A stretch of 64,000 nucleotides of DNA, from the NCBI GenBank assembly GCA_965603825.1, contig CBFDEM010000057.1, positions 558,001 through 622,000 of the forward strand, read 5' to 3'. Shown here one piece after another: positions 49,241 to 61,500 of the stretch. Origin of the DNA: Blepharisma stoltei ATCC 30299. Its lineage: Eukaryota > Protista > Ciliophora. The notes below the pieces were generated by a model. That model worked only from the letters and a program-made list of their open reading frames with translations. It had not been told where the DNA came from and searched no databases. Positions within the stretch are counted from its first letter, which is position 1, and each line of letters begins with the position of its first letter. Both the position numbers and the translations under genes were made by a program.

Positions 49241-50830
49241 ATGCTCAGATATAAAATCTATGCTGTAGTCACACACCCAGCATTCCCTAATTATGCCTAT
49301 AAAGTTTCGTTATTGCTCCTCATAGGAGCGATTTATATTTTGCTGAACCCAGAACAGATTGAGCAGAGGGCTTTTGTGTCGGAAAATGCTTTGAGTATAC
49401 AGACAGCGACTATAACAAGTAAAGATTTAAGCTATGTCAATAACATAGACAACCTTGAAGAGTTTTTAACCAATAGATTATTCGCAAGCCAGTGGAATAA
49501 TACTAAAGTTTACTATAACCTGATTAGAGGAAGTAGAACTGATGGAAAAGATTGCATGGCTTTTATTATACCTTATAGTAAAGAAAAATACATAGGAATT
49601 GAAGCTGCTTATGAATTCATTAATTTTGTGCAGAAAAAAGAGTGGGTTGGAACGAATTTATTGTTTATTTATTATGATGATTCTATTGCTTATGCTGTAG
49701 AGTTTAGAAAGTGGCTGGATGAATATATTACGCAACCTTCTGAGTATTTTGGGATAATTCGGGAAGCAGTGGAATTTGATCTTTCAAACAGGTTTAGCTA
49801 TTTTACTGTGGTTTCTGAAGGAATTAATGGGGTGCAAACTGATGTGGACATGCTTGTATCAGCACTTAGATGCTTTTCGAGGATTGAGGTAATTAATTTT
49901 AAGCACCCAGAGCCGGTTTTATACAAAATTCCTGATGATCTCTCATCTATTTTCCCTAATTTCTTAAGAAAAATAGAAGGCTCCTTATCAAGCTGATATT
50001 CTTTATGGAGCGGAAACGTAAACAACGCATTTTCCTATGCTCTCGATAAAGGAATTTTATCTTTAGCCATCAAAACAGGTCTAGAAAAAGGCGATAAAGG
50101 AAAATCCACTGGAAATGTCAAGCTCCAAATAGTAAAACTAATGGAAATGCTAACAAGAACTTTTACTTCTCTTGACGAAACCATGCATGCAGGAAGCTAT
50201 TTTTATTATTTTTCTGGCAATTGGAAAATGATTACTTTAGGCAAATATGCATTTGTGATTGGAATTTTAATTCTTCCTTTAGCATTGCAGTCAATTTTGA
50301 TATTAAGAGCAGGGTGGTTTAATATTCGCGCCATTTTATCAACAATTTTCCCTATAATTTTGACAGTTTTTCTGGCTAAAAGCTTTTTAGCAATATTTGT
50401 AAGCACAGCTGGGTATTTTTCATTAATTGTGCTTGCATTGATTCCTTTGCTTTTTTTGAAGAAAGAAGACCATAATTTCCTTCAGGCTTATACAAATGTA
50501 AGCTTTGCGGTTACTTTAGTAGTCACATCTCTACACATTTTGCCGATGATGCTAATATTTATCCCATTAATTCCTCTCAAAATTGTCGCTTTTATGAAAC
50601 CATCAAGCAAAATACTCAAAAATCTTTATAAGACTTCTTTAGGGATCATTGCAATTTCTTTGATTTTTGCTCCACTTTCTCTTATAGAAACAAGTTCAAA
50701 TCCATTGAGTATGATTTCATTGGAAAATTTATATGAAATTGAGATAAACTCTTCACATCAGCTTTTATCATTTTTTATTATTATCACTTTCCCATCAATA
50801 TCACATATAATTTATCTAGCTATTATCTAA
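49241..50830 (+). CDS. GAA1: GPI transamidase component Gaa1
   Basis: RAFVSENAL, EGINGVQTDVD and RTFTSLDETMHAGSYFY, followed by a C-terminal multi-TM region. One internal TGA. Confidence 0.8.
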
Positions 50831-50934
50831 ACATATTTAAGTCAATATTTAAATTATGGTCAATTGAGATTATGGATATATTTTTTGCAATTAATTGATG
50901 ATATAAATATTAAAAGGCTGTTTTATTTAAATAT

Positions 50935-53121
50935 TTAATGTTTTTTCTTTATAGTAAGTGCTTCTATTGGCCATTTCTCATTCGTGATATCTTTATTGAA
51001 AATTTTTGTGTATGCTTCTGCTGTAAAATGGGGAGCAAATGGATGCAAAATTATAAGCAGAATTTTAAGGTTTTGCTTAGTAGGCTTTGTTTTAACCGTT
51101 TCTGTGTGCTCCATAAGTCTTGCAATGACTACATGCAGTTTTTTATTCTCAAATGATCTTGTGACTCCATTTAATCATTTTGAGTAGTCTTCTTCATCAT
51201 TTTCTGCTAGTTCTCCTTCTACTATATTTCATATATTCCCTAGCCATTTTTTCATAGTTTTTAGTAACCCCCCATCCCATTCTATTTGACTTTCACTAGG
51301 TGCTGAAAATAAAATAGCTAATCTTAATACGTCAGCTCCCCATTCTTCTATAATTTCTAAAGGATTTATTCCATTTTTCTTGCTTTTTGACATTTTTTCA
51401 TGAGTAATTTCGACTCCTTCTAAATTTGTTGCTTCTTCTGCTGTTATGTATTTTCCATCTTTTTTGTAAGTTTTGCCTAGCACCAGCCCTTGTGTAAGTA
51501 GATTTGAAAAAGGCTCATCACAAGCTAAATAGCCTTCATCTCTAAGGACTTTATGGATAAATCTTGCATATAATAAATGCATAATTGCATGCTCACTACC
51601 ACCGATATATAGATCGACAGGCAGCCACTTTTTAGCTTTTTCTCTATCAAAAATATCAAAGTCATTTCCAGGGTCTGCATATCTTAAATAATACCATGAA
51701 GAGTCCACAAAAGTGTCTAAAGTGTCTATTTCTTTTCCACCTGGGGTTCCACAATAAGGGCATCTCTCAGTTCTCCATTCAACTAAATCGTCTCCTTTTT
51801 GTGGAAGCATAACTGGAAGTCTGTAATTTGGAACATGACCGTGAATGATACAGTTAATCATAGGTATAGGAACACCCCAATATCTTTGACGAGAAACCAG
51901 CCAATCACGCAAATTATAGCAAGCTTTAGGAGAAATTGCGTCCTTGGACTTCAAAATTTCTTTGAGTCTGGGAATTGCTTCAGAAATTGAAAGTCCAGTG
52001 AATTCTCCACAGTTTATTAGTTTATCTTTATCAAAAACTTTTTTTACATCAATAGGTGAGCCTGTCACAGCTTTTAAGTCTTTATCGTCATGGCCTGGAA
52101 TTCCCATTTTGCACCCAGTTCCTTGAGTCTAATTATAATTTACCATAAGAACATATTCAGCTATAGCAATTGGAATTTCTTCATTAGTTACTGGATGAAT
52201 TGCTTTATGGCTAGAAATCACTATGATTTGAGTTCCAATTTTTCTCGTAGTTTCTGGCTTTTTTCTGATAGTTTCTAAGAATTTTTTTTCTTCTTCATTA
52301 AGATTCATCTTTGCTAATATAGGATGCTCAGGAGAAACTAGTATAAAAGTTGTCCCTAAAATGCCTTCAATGTTTGTAGTAAATGCTGACAGATTTTCAT
52401 CTGTTTCTTTTATAGCAAAATTAATAGCAAATCCTTTGGTTTTCCCAATCCAGCCTCTTTGCATTTCTTTTACATAATCAGGCCATTGAAGTTTATCAAG
52501 CCCTTTAAGTAGCTCATCTGCATATTCTGTGATTTTAAAGTATCATTGTCTCATAGGTTTTCTTTCAACAAGAGCTCCTGATCTTCATGCCCTTCCGTTT
52601 TCATCAACTTGCTCATTTGCGAGTACAGTCTGATCTATTGGGTCTCAGTTCAAATACCCTTCAGTCTTATATGCAAGTCCTTTTTTAAATAGTAAAAGAA
52701 ACAGCCACTGGGTTCACCTATAGTAGTCTGGCATGCACGTTCATACTTCTCTATCCCAATCAAATCTTAGTCCAAGGCTGTCCATTTGTTTCCTCATTTG
52801 AAAGATGTTTTGAAATGTCCATAAATGCGGTTCAATGTTTTTTTCTTTTGCCGCATTTTCTGCAGGGAGTCCAAAAGCGTCCCAACCCATTGGATGAAGT
52901 ACATTTTTTCCTTTTAAATGTTCAAATAATGCAATAGCCTCACTTATAGCATATACCCTTACATGCCCTATATGCAGATTTCCAGAGGGATAAGGAAACA
53001 TAGAAAGACAATAGAACTTTTCTCCGTTCCTTTTTTGTATAGGATTATTTCTCCAAAGTTGCTGCCACTTAGTTTCTACTTCTTTGAAATGATAATTACG
53101 GAATAATAATCTGTAAGCCAT
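50935..53121 (-). CDS. LARS2: Mitochondrial (bacterial-type) leucyl-tRNA synthetase, about 723 aa, one 15-nt intron
   Basis: MFPYPSGNLHIGH, GWDAFGLPAENAA, DWLVSRQRYWGVPIP, DTFVDSSWY, KMSKS and HPFAPH. Intron at 52129-52143; TAA at 50935-50937. Confidence 0.95.
52129..52143 (-). other. 15-nt spliceosomal intron gtaaattataattag
   Basis: Splicing removes an in-frame TAG and restores EYVLM|TQGTG (conserved YVLMxYGTG spacing). A at position 10. Confidence 0.93.
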
Positions 53122-53126
53122 TTATT

Positions 53127-54548
53127 ATGCTTTTTAGAAGAAGTCTAAGATTTTTCAATTTTCGTTTCTTCTCTGAGGTACAGAAAGCTATAAATCCTAT
53201 GAAAGATTTAATCACACAGATAGAAAACAATATAAATGCGGTAGAATTGATGAAAAAAGAAAGAGAAATGAGTGAGGTTGCTCAAGAAAGAAAAAGGGCT
53301 TTGAATGATTTAGAACAGACAGCGGCGTTTAAGGTGCATGAGTTTGATAATGAAAATTTGTTAAAGATATTGAAAATTTATGCTGAAAATGACCAAGGGA
53401 CTGAAAAGTTACTGTCAGCGATTTCTTCACAGATATACAGAAGAATTCATTCATTTTCGTATCAAGAATTGTCAGATATTGTATTTTATCTTTATAACTG
53501 GGAGTATGAATCACGAGTTTTTGATGTTATAGACAATTTATTGATCAAAAATCCATTTGAAATCACTCCTGAGATGGCTGCAAGGATTTCATTAGCGTAT
53601 GGAATGAAGAAAAAAGGATCAGACACATTGTTCAAAATTATTACCAATATATTTTTGACAAAGAAAGCAGAAATTAATGCAGAAAACGGAATTATGATTA
53701 TCACAGGGCTTTATAAAAAAGAGTATAAAGATTTTGCACTTTTAAGAGCTATTGAAGAATGGGCTGTAAGTAAAGCAGAAACAATGAACCCTTCACAGAT
53801 TTCTCAATTGTTTTACTGCTTAATTAAATTAGAAAGCCCTGATTCTGTGCTAGAAAAAATAGAAAATTCCTTTAAAATTCAAGATTTCCAAGCAAAAGAT
53901 ATAGAAAAAGTCTTAGGGTGTTATTTATTTAAAAATAGAGCTTTGCCAAATGGAAAATTATTAGACCGCTGCATAGAGCTAATAAGCAAAAACCAAATAA
54001 CTCCATCTGAGCTAGTTCAATTAATTTACACATTATCTCAACACAACAACACTGCAGATATTTTCACTGAAATTGAAAAATTGATCGTGAATTCAATAGA
54101 AAGTTTCACCCAAGAAGAAATTGTTTACCTATTTGTAGCATTAATTCGAACTGGCAAAGAAACTCCTAGTATTTTATCAATTCTTAAGCCTTGTCTTGAT
54201 ACAAATATTGACGCAAAATATTTATCAATGATTTATGCATCGATTCTTCGTAGAGGTAATCTTTATATTGAAACTCTAGAACCTTTATTCAAATGGACAG
54301 CGACTTGTATTAAAGGGAATATTCTTGACACTCAGTCAATTATTGCAGCACTTTACACTTTGCTTCATCTAAAATACCAAAATCTAGAGTTTTGGTCCAA
54401 TATCTTAAAATGCATTAAAGACATAAAAATCCGAAGTGCTGATGAGTATATACAAATTTATAAAATAACTCAAAGGATTGGGAAACTTGATTTAGACGTA
54501 GGAGAAGTTTTAGAATTTTTGTCTAGAAGATATGAAAACCCTAATTAA
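53127..54548 (+). CDS. Mitochondrion-targeted helical-repeat protein (HPR/OPR/FASTK-like), 473 aa
   Basis: Presequence MLFRRSLRFFNFRFFS. Repeated units of roughly 37 aa, e.g. FSYQELSDIVFYL, MNPSQISQLFYCL, ITPSELVQLIYTL, FTQEEIVYLFVAL. Confidence 0.65.
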   Translation: MLFRRSLRFFNFRFFSEVQKAINPMKDLITQIENNINAVELMKKEREMSEVAQERKRALNDLEQTAAFKVHEFDNENLLKILKIYAENDQGTEKLLSAISSQIYRRIHSFSYQELSDIVFYLYNWEYESRVFDVIDNLLIKNPFEITPEMAARISLAYGMKKKGSDTLFKIITNIFLTKKAEINAENGIMIITGLYKKEYKDFALLRAIEEWAVSKAETMNPSQISQLFYCLIKLESPDSVLEKIENSFKIQDFQAKDIEKVLGCYLFKNRALPNGKLLDRCIELISKNQITPSELVQLIYTLSQHNNTADIFTEIEKLIVNSIESFTQEEIVYLFVALIRTGKETPSILSILKPCLDTNIDAKYLSMIYASILRRGNLYIETLEPLFKWTATCIKGNILDTQSIIAALYTLLHLKYQNLEFWSNILKCIKDIKIRSADEYIQIYKITQRIGKLDLDVGEVLEFLSRRYENPN

Positions 54549-54562
54549 ATAAGATAATTTAA

Positions 54563-55564
54563 ATGGAAAATAGCTTTGGCTCAGATTTAGAGCAGTATTT
54601 GAGAGACTATTCGGCTTCAAAGGTTTATAAAGCAGCAAGAAATTTGCAGCTCCCGCTAAGCGAAAATACTAGAAAACAAAACCAGCTTGGCCTAATAGAA
54701 AAGAATGAATTATTAGAAATTGAAAACAAGAAATTGACTATTAAAATAAGAGAATTAGAGCATAAATGGTCAGAAGAGAGAAAAGAATTAATTGATTCTC
54801 ACCTTTATAAAATCGAAGAAATTGAAAATAAAAATAGTCAGCTTAGAAAAACCATCACAAATTTGGAAATTGAATTGAAAAATGCACAAAATGAATTAAA
54901 TTCATACCAATGCAAGCATGAATATCTTGAACTAAAAGCGAAATCGTTAAGAAATTTTCAGGAAAACCGCTCAGAGCTGCTAAAAGAAGTAGAAAAGTTA
55001 ACTGATAAACTTTTCAAATTCAAACAGAAAAAATATGAACAATTTAATGAAATGAGCCTAAAATATAAAGCCATTGAAGATGAATTAGAAATCTGTAAGG
55101 AAGAGAAGAGAGAAGCAGATAAAAAAATTTCGATGTTAGAGCAGACACTGAGACATATGTGTGAAGAAAAAGATATGAGGATAGAAAGATTACAGTTTCT
55201 TATTAGAGAAAAAACTCCTCTAAAACCAAAAGAAAACTTATCAAGGACAGTCACTCCGCTGACTGACAGAAACACAAGGTCAATTTCTCCTATGGCAACA
55301 TCGAGAAGCACTTTTGATTTAACAAAAACAATGGAAACAACTGCAACTACGAAACTCTCTGAAGACTTCAGTGCTGACATCAAAAATCTTGAAAAATCCC
55401 ACAAGAAATTAAAGCAAAAATATATTTCTCTGATAACCTCGAGAGCTCATGAGTCAGAGCTCATAAAAGCATATAACAAAATTAATATCAATGAAAAAGC
55501 ATTGAGTGATTTTCAAAAAAAGCAGAAAAAAATAGTCTTAGAATCAAAAAGCTTTAATTTGTAA
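54563..55564 (+). CDS. Coiled-coil protein of unknown function (333 aa)
   Basis: Uninterrupted E/K/L heptad-rich ORF with an S/T/P-rich linker. Confidence 0.75.
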   Translation: MENSFGSDLEQYLRDYSASKVYKAARNLQLPLSENTRKQNQLGLIEKNELLEIENKKLTIKIRELEHKWSEERKELIDSHLYKIEEIENKNSQLRKTITNLEIELKNAQNELNSYQCKHEYLELKAKSLRNFQENRSELLKEVEKLTDKLFKFKQKKYEQFNEMSLKYKAIEDELEICKEEKREADKKISMLEQTLRHMCEEKDMRIERLQFLIREKTPLKPKENLSRTVTPLTDRNTRSISPMATSRSTFDLTKTMETTATTKLSEDFSADIKNLEKSHKKLKQKYISLITSRAHESELIKAYNKININEKALSDFQKKQKKIVLESKSFNL

Positions 55565-55584
55565 AAATAAATTTTAATAAAGGT

Positions 55585-58500
55585 TTAAAGCTCATTTACT
55601 GTCATAACTGCTAGCGAATCATTAATTCTTGGACCAATTTCTTGAATTTTGCTTCCTAAATCTCCAACGTTTCTTGCTTTTCCAAGCACCCCTCCAGAGC
55701 CCATAGGCAGTAATGAGTTTACAGCTGATCCAAACTTGCTTGCTGTTATAAACCCTATAATTCCAAGGAAAATAAATGCGAAAATCAAAATCAATATCAG
55801 CAGAGTAATTAAAAACATTTTTATCAGTTTTCCTTTTCCCATTCCCATATGCTCAATCGCACCATTTGCTATTTCACTGCGAATATATTCCAGAGCCGCA
55901 TCAAATTCTTGCACATTCATGCAACCACTTCCATCTGCATCAAACTTTGAAAAAATTTCCAATAGCCTTTGCATGGTAAATTCCAAGTCAAAAAATTTCA
56001 TAATTTGGGCAAACTCTTCAAAATCAAGCTCTCCTGAATGGTCTTTGTCCAGCATATGGAAGATTTGGTCTGTATCTCCTCCTGAATCCATTTTTTCTTT
56101 TAATTTTTCAAGATCACTTTTGCCAGACCTAGCTTCTTCTTCAGATTCTCCTATTAATTTCAGTCTTTTAATAAGTGTTACGACTTGCTGAATTTTAACA
56201 GGGTCAAATTCACAAAATCTCCCAGCCATGCCAGCTAGGCCATTCCAGTCTCCTTTTCCAAGTGCTATAAACCCAGCTATGATATTTTCATCAATTTCAT
56301 ATGTTTTTGACAGTTTATAAGCAGCTTTATCTCTGCTTTCTAAGCTATTATCTGACTGGAATAGAGCTACAAGTCCACATAACAAAGATAAAGTTTCAGG
56401 CTTCACATTTGGCATTAAAGCAAGCCCTAAGCTAGGCATTGCAGCTAAGACTGCACTTTTATACTTATTTGGATCTGTGCATACCAAAAAGAATGCATCC
56501 AGAACAATAATATCAGCATTTTCCTTTTCTTTGCCAGGTTTTACAGGCAATCTTAAGTTTTTCGGGATATTTGATACAATATAGTCTACAAATGGAAATA
56601 GGACTTCTCCCATGCCGTCACGACCATAGTCTAGATCTTTTTGCAGTTTTCCTAGTAGTTTTACTATAGAATCAACAACTGGGATTGGAATTTTTGGGTA
56701 GCGCTGATTAATTATCCTAGGAAGCCATGTAAATTCTTTCAAGTTTAATGGATTCTTAGGGACTGCTAATGTAAAAAGCTCTTTCAGTGCGTCTTCTGGG
56801 ATGCCAAACTCCTCTTTAGCGAACCCTAAAAATGCTTCAAGCTCCCCCATTGCATAAAGCAAAAACATTTTCCCTGGCTTAGACTTAGCTGGCATTTCAA
56901 CCTTTGTAAGCTTTTCTAAAAATTTCTTTATAAATGGTAAAAGTTCTCTATAGCGGTCATCAAGCTTTTTTTGGACCAAAGCTATCATTATTTCAGGAGC
57001 GTTTTCTACATAATTTTCTTTTAGTTCCATTTTATAATAATCTGAGTTCGCAGCCCTTGTTACCCCTTTTGCCATTAAATTATACTGTTTCCTTACAGAT
57101 CCTACAAGGCTTTGTATAAGTCCTGAGGGTATATTTAAATTATTGTGGTCAATATATTCCTCAACTTTATCAGTAGCATTAAAAAGCATGGTAGAATTTC
57201 CATTGAAAATGTGGACTAAGTACTTTAAAATTTCATAGTGGTCAAAGCTTTCTCCAAGGATTCTCATGACGATTGGGACAACTTCTACGTCTCCTTCACC
57301 AATCCCTAGAATTAAATCAAGAATGATCCCTCCCGCCTTTTTCTTGTACTCATTTAAGAGAATTCGCCTCATATTAGGATTTCTTCAGAGTCTCTTGAAG
57401 CCGATTTTTTCAATAAGTGCTTCTTTGTAAGGGTTTCCGATTGAATTTGTATTAGAAGCTTCAATGTCGTTTGTCATGTCTGCTTCTAAAAATCTGGTGT
57501 GATTAGGTGAAGTTTCGATTTCTAGATCAATATCCATACGAATGTTGTCGTTAAACATGTTTTCTTTAACATCATATGGCATTTTCTTAGATAAAATGCT
57601 TTGCAAAGCTTTTAATAGTAGTGCTTGTTGTGACTCATCTTTTTCTTGCAATCTCTGCAAATTCATAAAAAAGAGCCCTAATTGTACCCATGCATCCAGA
57701 TCTCCTGACATAGCTTGAAATATTGAAGCAGCTAAAGCGGAACTAATGGGTGGTGACGAAAGCCTTTCACAAATGCTCTGAAACGAAAGCTCCAAGCTTT
57801 CTTTAGTTTTATAACAATATGGCAAAAACCCTTGTGCAATACTTGGATCAATTTCAAGCCTAACTGCTAATGGGCCAATTCCTGATGAAAGAGCATCAAT
57901 TGAGTTAAAAGAAAGCATGATCAGGATAAGCAGCATATCTTGGTCTACTTCTAAAAAATCTCCTAAAGCATCAATTGTTTCTATAACTCCATGTGGATTT
58001 CGAGAACATAGCGCTGTCAAGCTCTGCAGAAGCCTTGGGTCATGATATATCTTTGTACACAACAATTGATTGGTTTTACTTTCAATTTTCCAACAACTAT
58101 GATCGCCTTTAGCCAATTTTACCAAAAATTCGAGCTCGGGAGCATCAGGCTCAAAGCCATAAAATGAAAATAAATCGTCTTCGTTTGCTTCATCAGTATC
58201 AGTGTTCCCCAACAATTTTTTATTTTTTTCTTCCAATTCTTTAAATTCTTCTACTAGCTCTAATATATCTTCCCAATCTCCAGTAGACAGTGCCATTATT
58301 TCTTTTAATGTATCAATATCAATAGGTAAATCTTCATATAAAGATTTCAATATTTCTTCAATTTTATCATGATGATGCAAATTCCCACCTGCTAGTTCCA
58401 AAAACAGCTTTACAGACTCTTCGTTGAAATATCCTTCACCTGGTAATGATTTTTCATTTAATCCAGCTATAAGAGTATTCATATATTTCTGTTTTCTACT

Positions 58501-61500
58501 TGGGTCAAAACTTAAAGTTATTCGCTTTTTCAGTATTGAGCCTTCAGAATCGACCTCATCTAGGTCGCCAGTTGACGAAAAAGAGCTTTCAGATGAAGAA
58601 CCCATTGATGAAGACTCTGAGTCAGATTTGTCAGATTCTTCGGTTTCCAAAATGTAGTCGTTAAAATCGTCATCATGGACGTATTCGTCAATGAACCGTT
58701 GAGCTTCTCTTGCAGTTTCTATTTGTAAAATTTGTCGAAGCCATAATAAGCATGCTGCATCATGCCTGGCTAGTTTTATTAAAATTTCTAATCCTTTTGA
58801 AGGTATTTTAAACAAATCAGATAAGTTTCTTACAATAGAAGGAAGGTGCTTAAATGCCATCCATGCATTATGTTCTTTGGATTTTATATTGCTTCTAAAA
58901 GGGTTCTGATTTACTAAACATGCAAAACTTGCATAAATATTTTTTTCAACTGATCCCCAGCCCAGCTTCCCTGCGATTTCTCCTATAATGCTGGCATCAC
59001 CTTGCACAAGTTTTGTGACTACAACAGCACCATTGCTATTAGGCAATCCAATAGATTTGCAAAGCCAAGGAAGCCCTTGTTTTAGCTTTCTCGTTTTTTG
59101 AGAAGGCTTATATTTTTTGCCAGACTTGCCATCAATAGATAAATATGAGTAAATGCTAAGCAAAGCTTTTAAGAGCTGCGGCCTTATTGCTCCGCCATCT
59201 TCTAAATCTTCAGCTATGTCTTCAACATGGTCAAAATCAGATCTAGTCAGTGCAACAACAGCGGCTGCTTTTTGGTCATCAAGGCCCAATTTTAACACAA
59301 TTTTTTGGAAACTTGAAGAAGTTTTTAGCGTAGTATGGTTTAAATCGTCATTTCCTGACAAAGTCACCAAGACCTCTGCTATATCTGCATCAAAGGAAAT
59401 AGCTGAGCAAATGTCTTCTATATTTTGGACTTGTCCAAGCGCCATAGAAATGAAGCCTCGACAATGAGATTCTTCTATTTGAAATCCTGGACTGTGCAGT
59501 CTAGACATTTCGATAATGGTGGAGGCCATAGTTTCATAATCAAGCTTAGAAGCTGCAATCATCCCTGATATAACCAATGGAGGGATTTCTAAGACTTGTC
59601 CTAGGACTTCTGAACAAGTAGCTTTTTTCGATAATTCGCCTTGAGGGTTTATAGAAAATTTACAATTAGTTTTGATTGCTAAAGCTGATATGGATTTTCC
59701 TATGTTTTCAAGAATTGGGTCAAGCCTTAGCACGTGAAGCAAATTACCCACTTTTTCTATGACATCTGAGTCAGAAAGAGCTCCAAAAATGGTCATAATT
59801 GTTGTGAGAGTGTCAGGGTTTAAAGAAAGTGCTTTTCCTAATGGTTCTAGCTCAGAGATTTCTCCATTTACAAAGTTCGCTATTGAGTCTTGCAAAGCTG
59901 GGGCATCAACCCCGAGTTCTCCTATAAATTTCTTAGTGAACTGTTTAAATATTTCAGCGTTTTCAGAAACAATGTCAGCAAATCCAATAGCGAGGGAGTC
60001 TAAAAAGGAGGTTGGGACTCCTATAGTTCTAGCCAGCTTATTGAAGCCAAGAACAGCATTGAAAAATATCTGGTTTTGGTTCGAATAGTCTTGAATTATT
60101 CCTTCATAGCCAGACACATCTTTTATGCCCACTTTTTCAAGCCAGTTCTTCATAGCGATAGTTTTTGGATAGATATTGTCTTCTAAAACCATATCAATTC
60201 AGGCGCTCATCATTTCTGGCTCAACTTCAAACAGTCTTGCAAGGGCAATTATATTTTCTTTTCTTTTAGTTCCTTGAGTTTGCCATAGATATGAGGCTTG
60301 GATTAATGATTTATATTTTCTTTGGTTTTCTTCATCACATGGGACTTTCTTTTCAAAGATTTTTCTAAGGAAGATGGCCGGATATTGGAATGACATCAAT
60401 AGCTGCCCTTTTGCCATAATTCTTCTCTTCACTTTCAAAGCTTTTATTTCTGAAACCTTATTCGCAAGTGCTTTGCACCAATCCTTACAAAGCGCTGCAT
60501 GAAATCTTCATGACAGCGCTTTTTTCCTCCTTACAAGTGGATCATCATTTTTTAGTTTCAGCTGTTTTACTAAATATCCATTTGGCAAATCTTTCGGGTC
60601 AATAAGCCTTTTTGCTACAAACGTCAGGTCTTTGCATTGCATTTTCAGCTTAGAATGAGCTTCCCTAATAGAATCTACATCAAGTGAAGTCAGCCACACA
60701 GTCACATGTGATAAATAATCAGTAAAGCTTTCATCCAATCTCATTCTCCTTACAACTTCTCTTGTGATTTCTTTAAGTGCTGAGCCTTGCCGCTTATTAG
60801 CCCCTCTTATAATTGAATAAAGTCCTAAGAGCTGTTCCCCAGTCAATTTAAAAAATTTTGCCATCCATTCCATGCTTTCAGCTGTTGGCTGATGTGACTC
60901 TGCAAGTGCTTTAAATGCAGGCGGCAGCTTATTTTCATTAATCATAGCTTGGATTTCACTGTCAGGCTGTATGATGTCTCCACTAATTAAATTTGAGTCT
61001 CTTACGTTCTCAACATTTGTAGTCAGCCGAGGGATTTCTGTATATTTTTTCTCTGCAAAAATAGGAGCTATGCTTTTGACGATTTCTGGGTCTAAGTCAT
61101 ATTGATCAGCTAGCTCATCAAAATCAATGTTAACGCCGTGGATTATTGCAAATAGAGAAGAAATTGTTTGATGCTCAAGTCTCCAGCCATATTTTCTGTT
61201 AAGCATGTCCGTAACTTGTATTAGAAGGCGTTGAAGCTGTCCATGAGATTCTCTAGCCATATGGACGATCATTTGGATCGGCAGGGAGTCTTGGATTCCT
61301 AAAAATTTAGAAAATGTGTCGACTTTTTCATCCCAGCCGCTATAGTCATTTTGAAATTTACTTGCATATCCTTCATCACAAAAAGCTCCAATACATTCCG
61401 CTATATCTTTAGGGAAGTTCCCAAAATTGGTCATTAGCCTTACAAAAATTTCCACAATTTCTTTGCCGCCATCTTCAATTAATCCTTTAATAAGAAGCAT

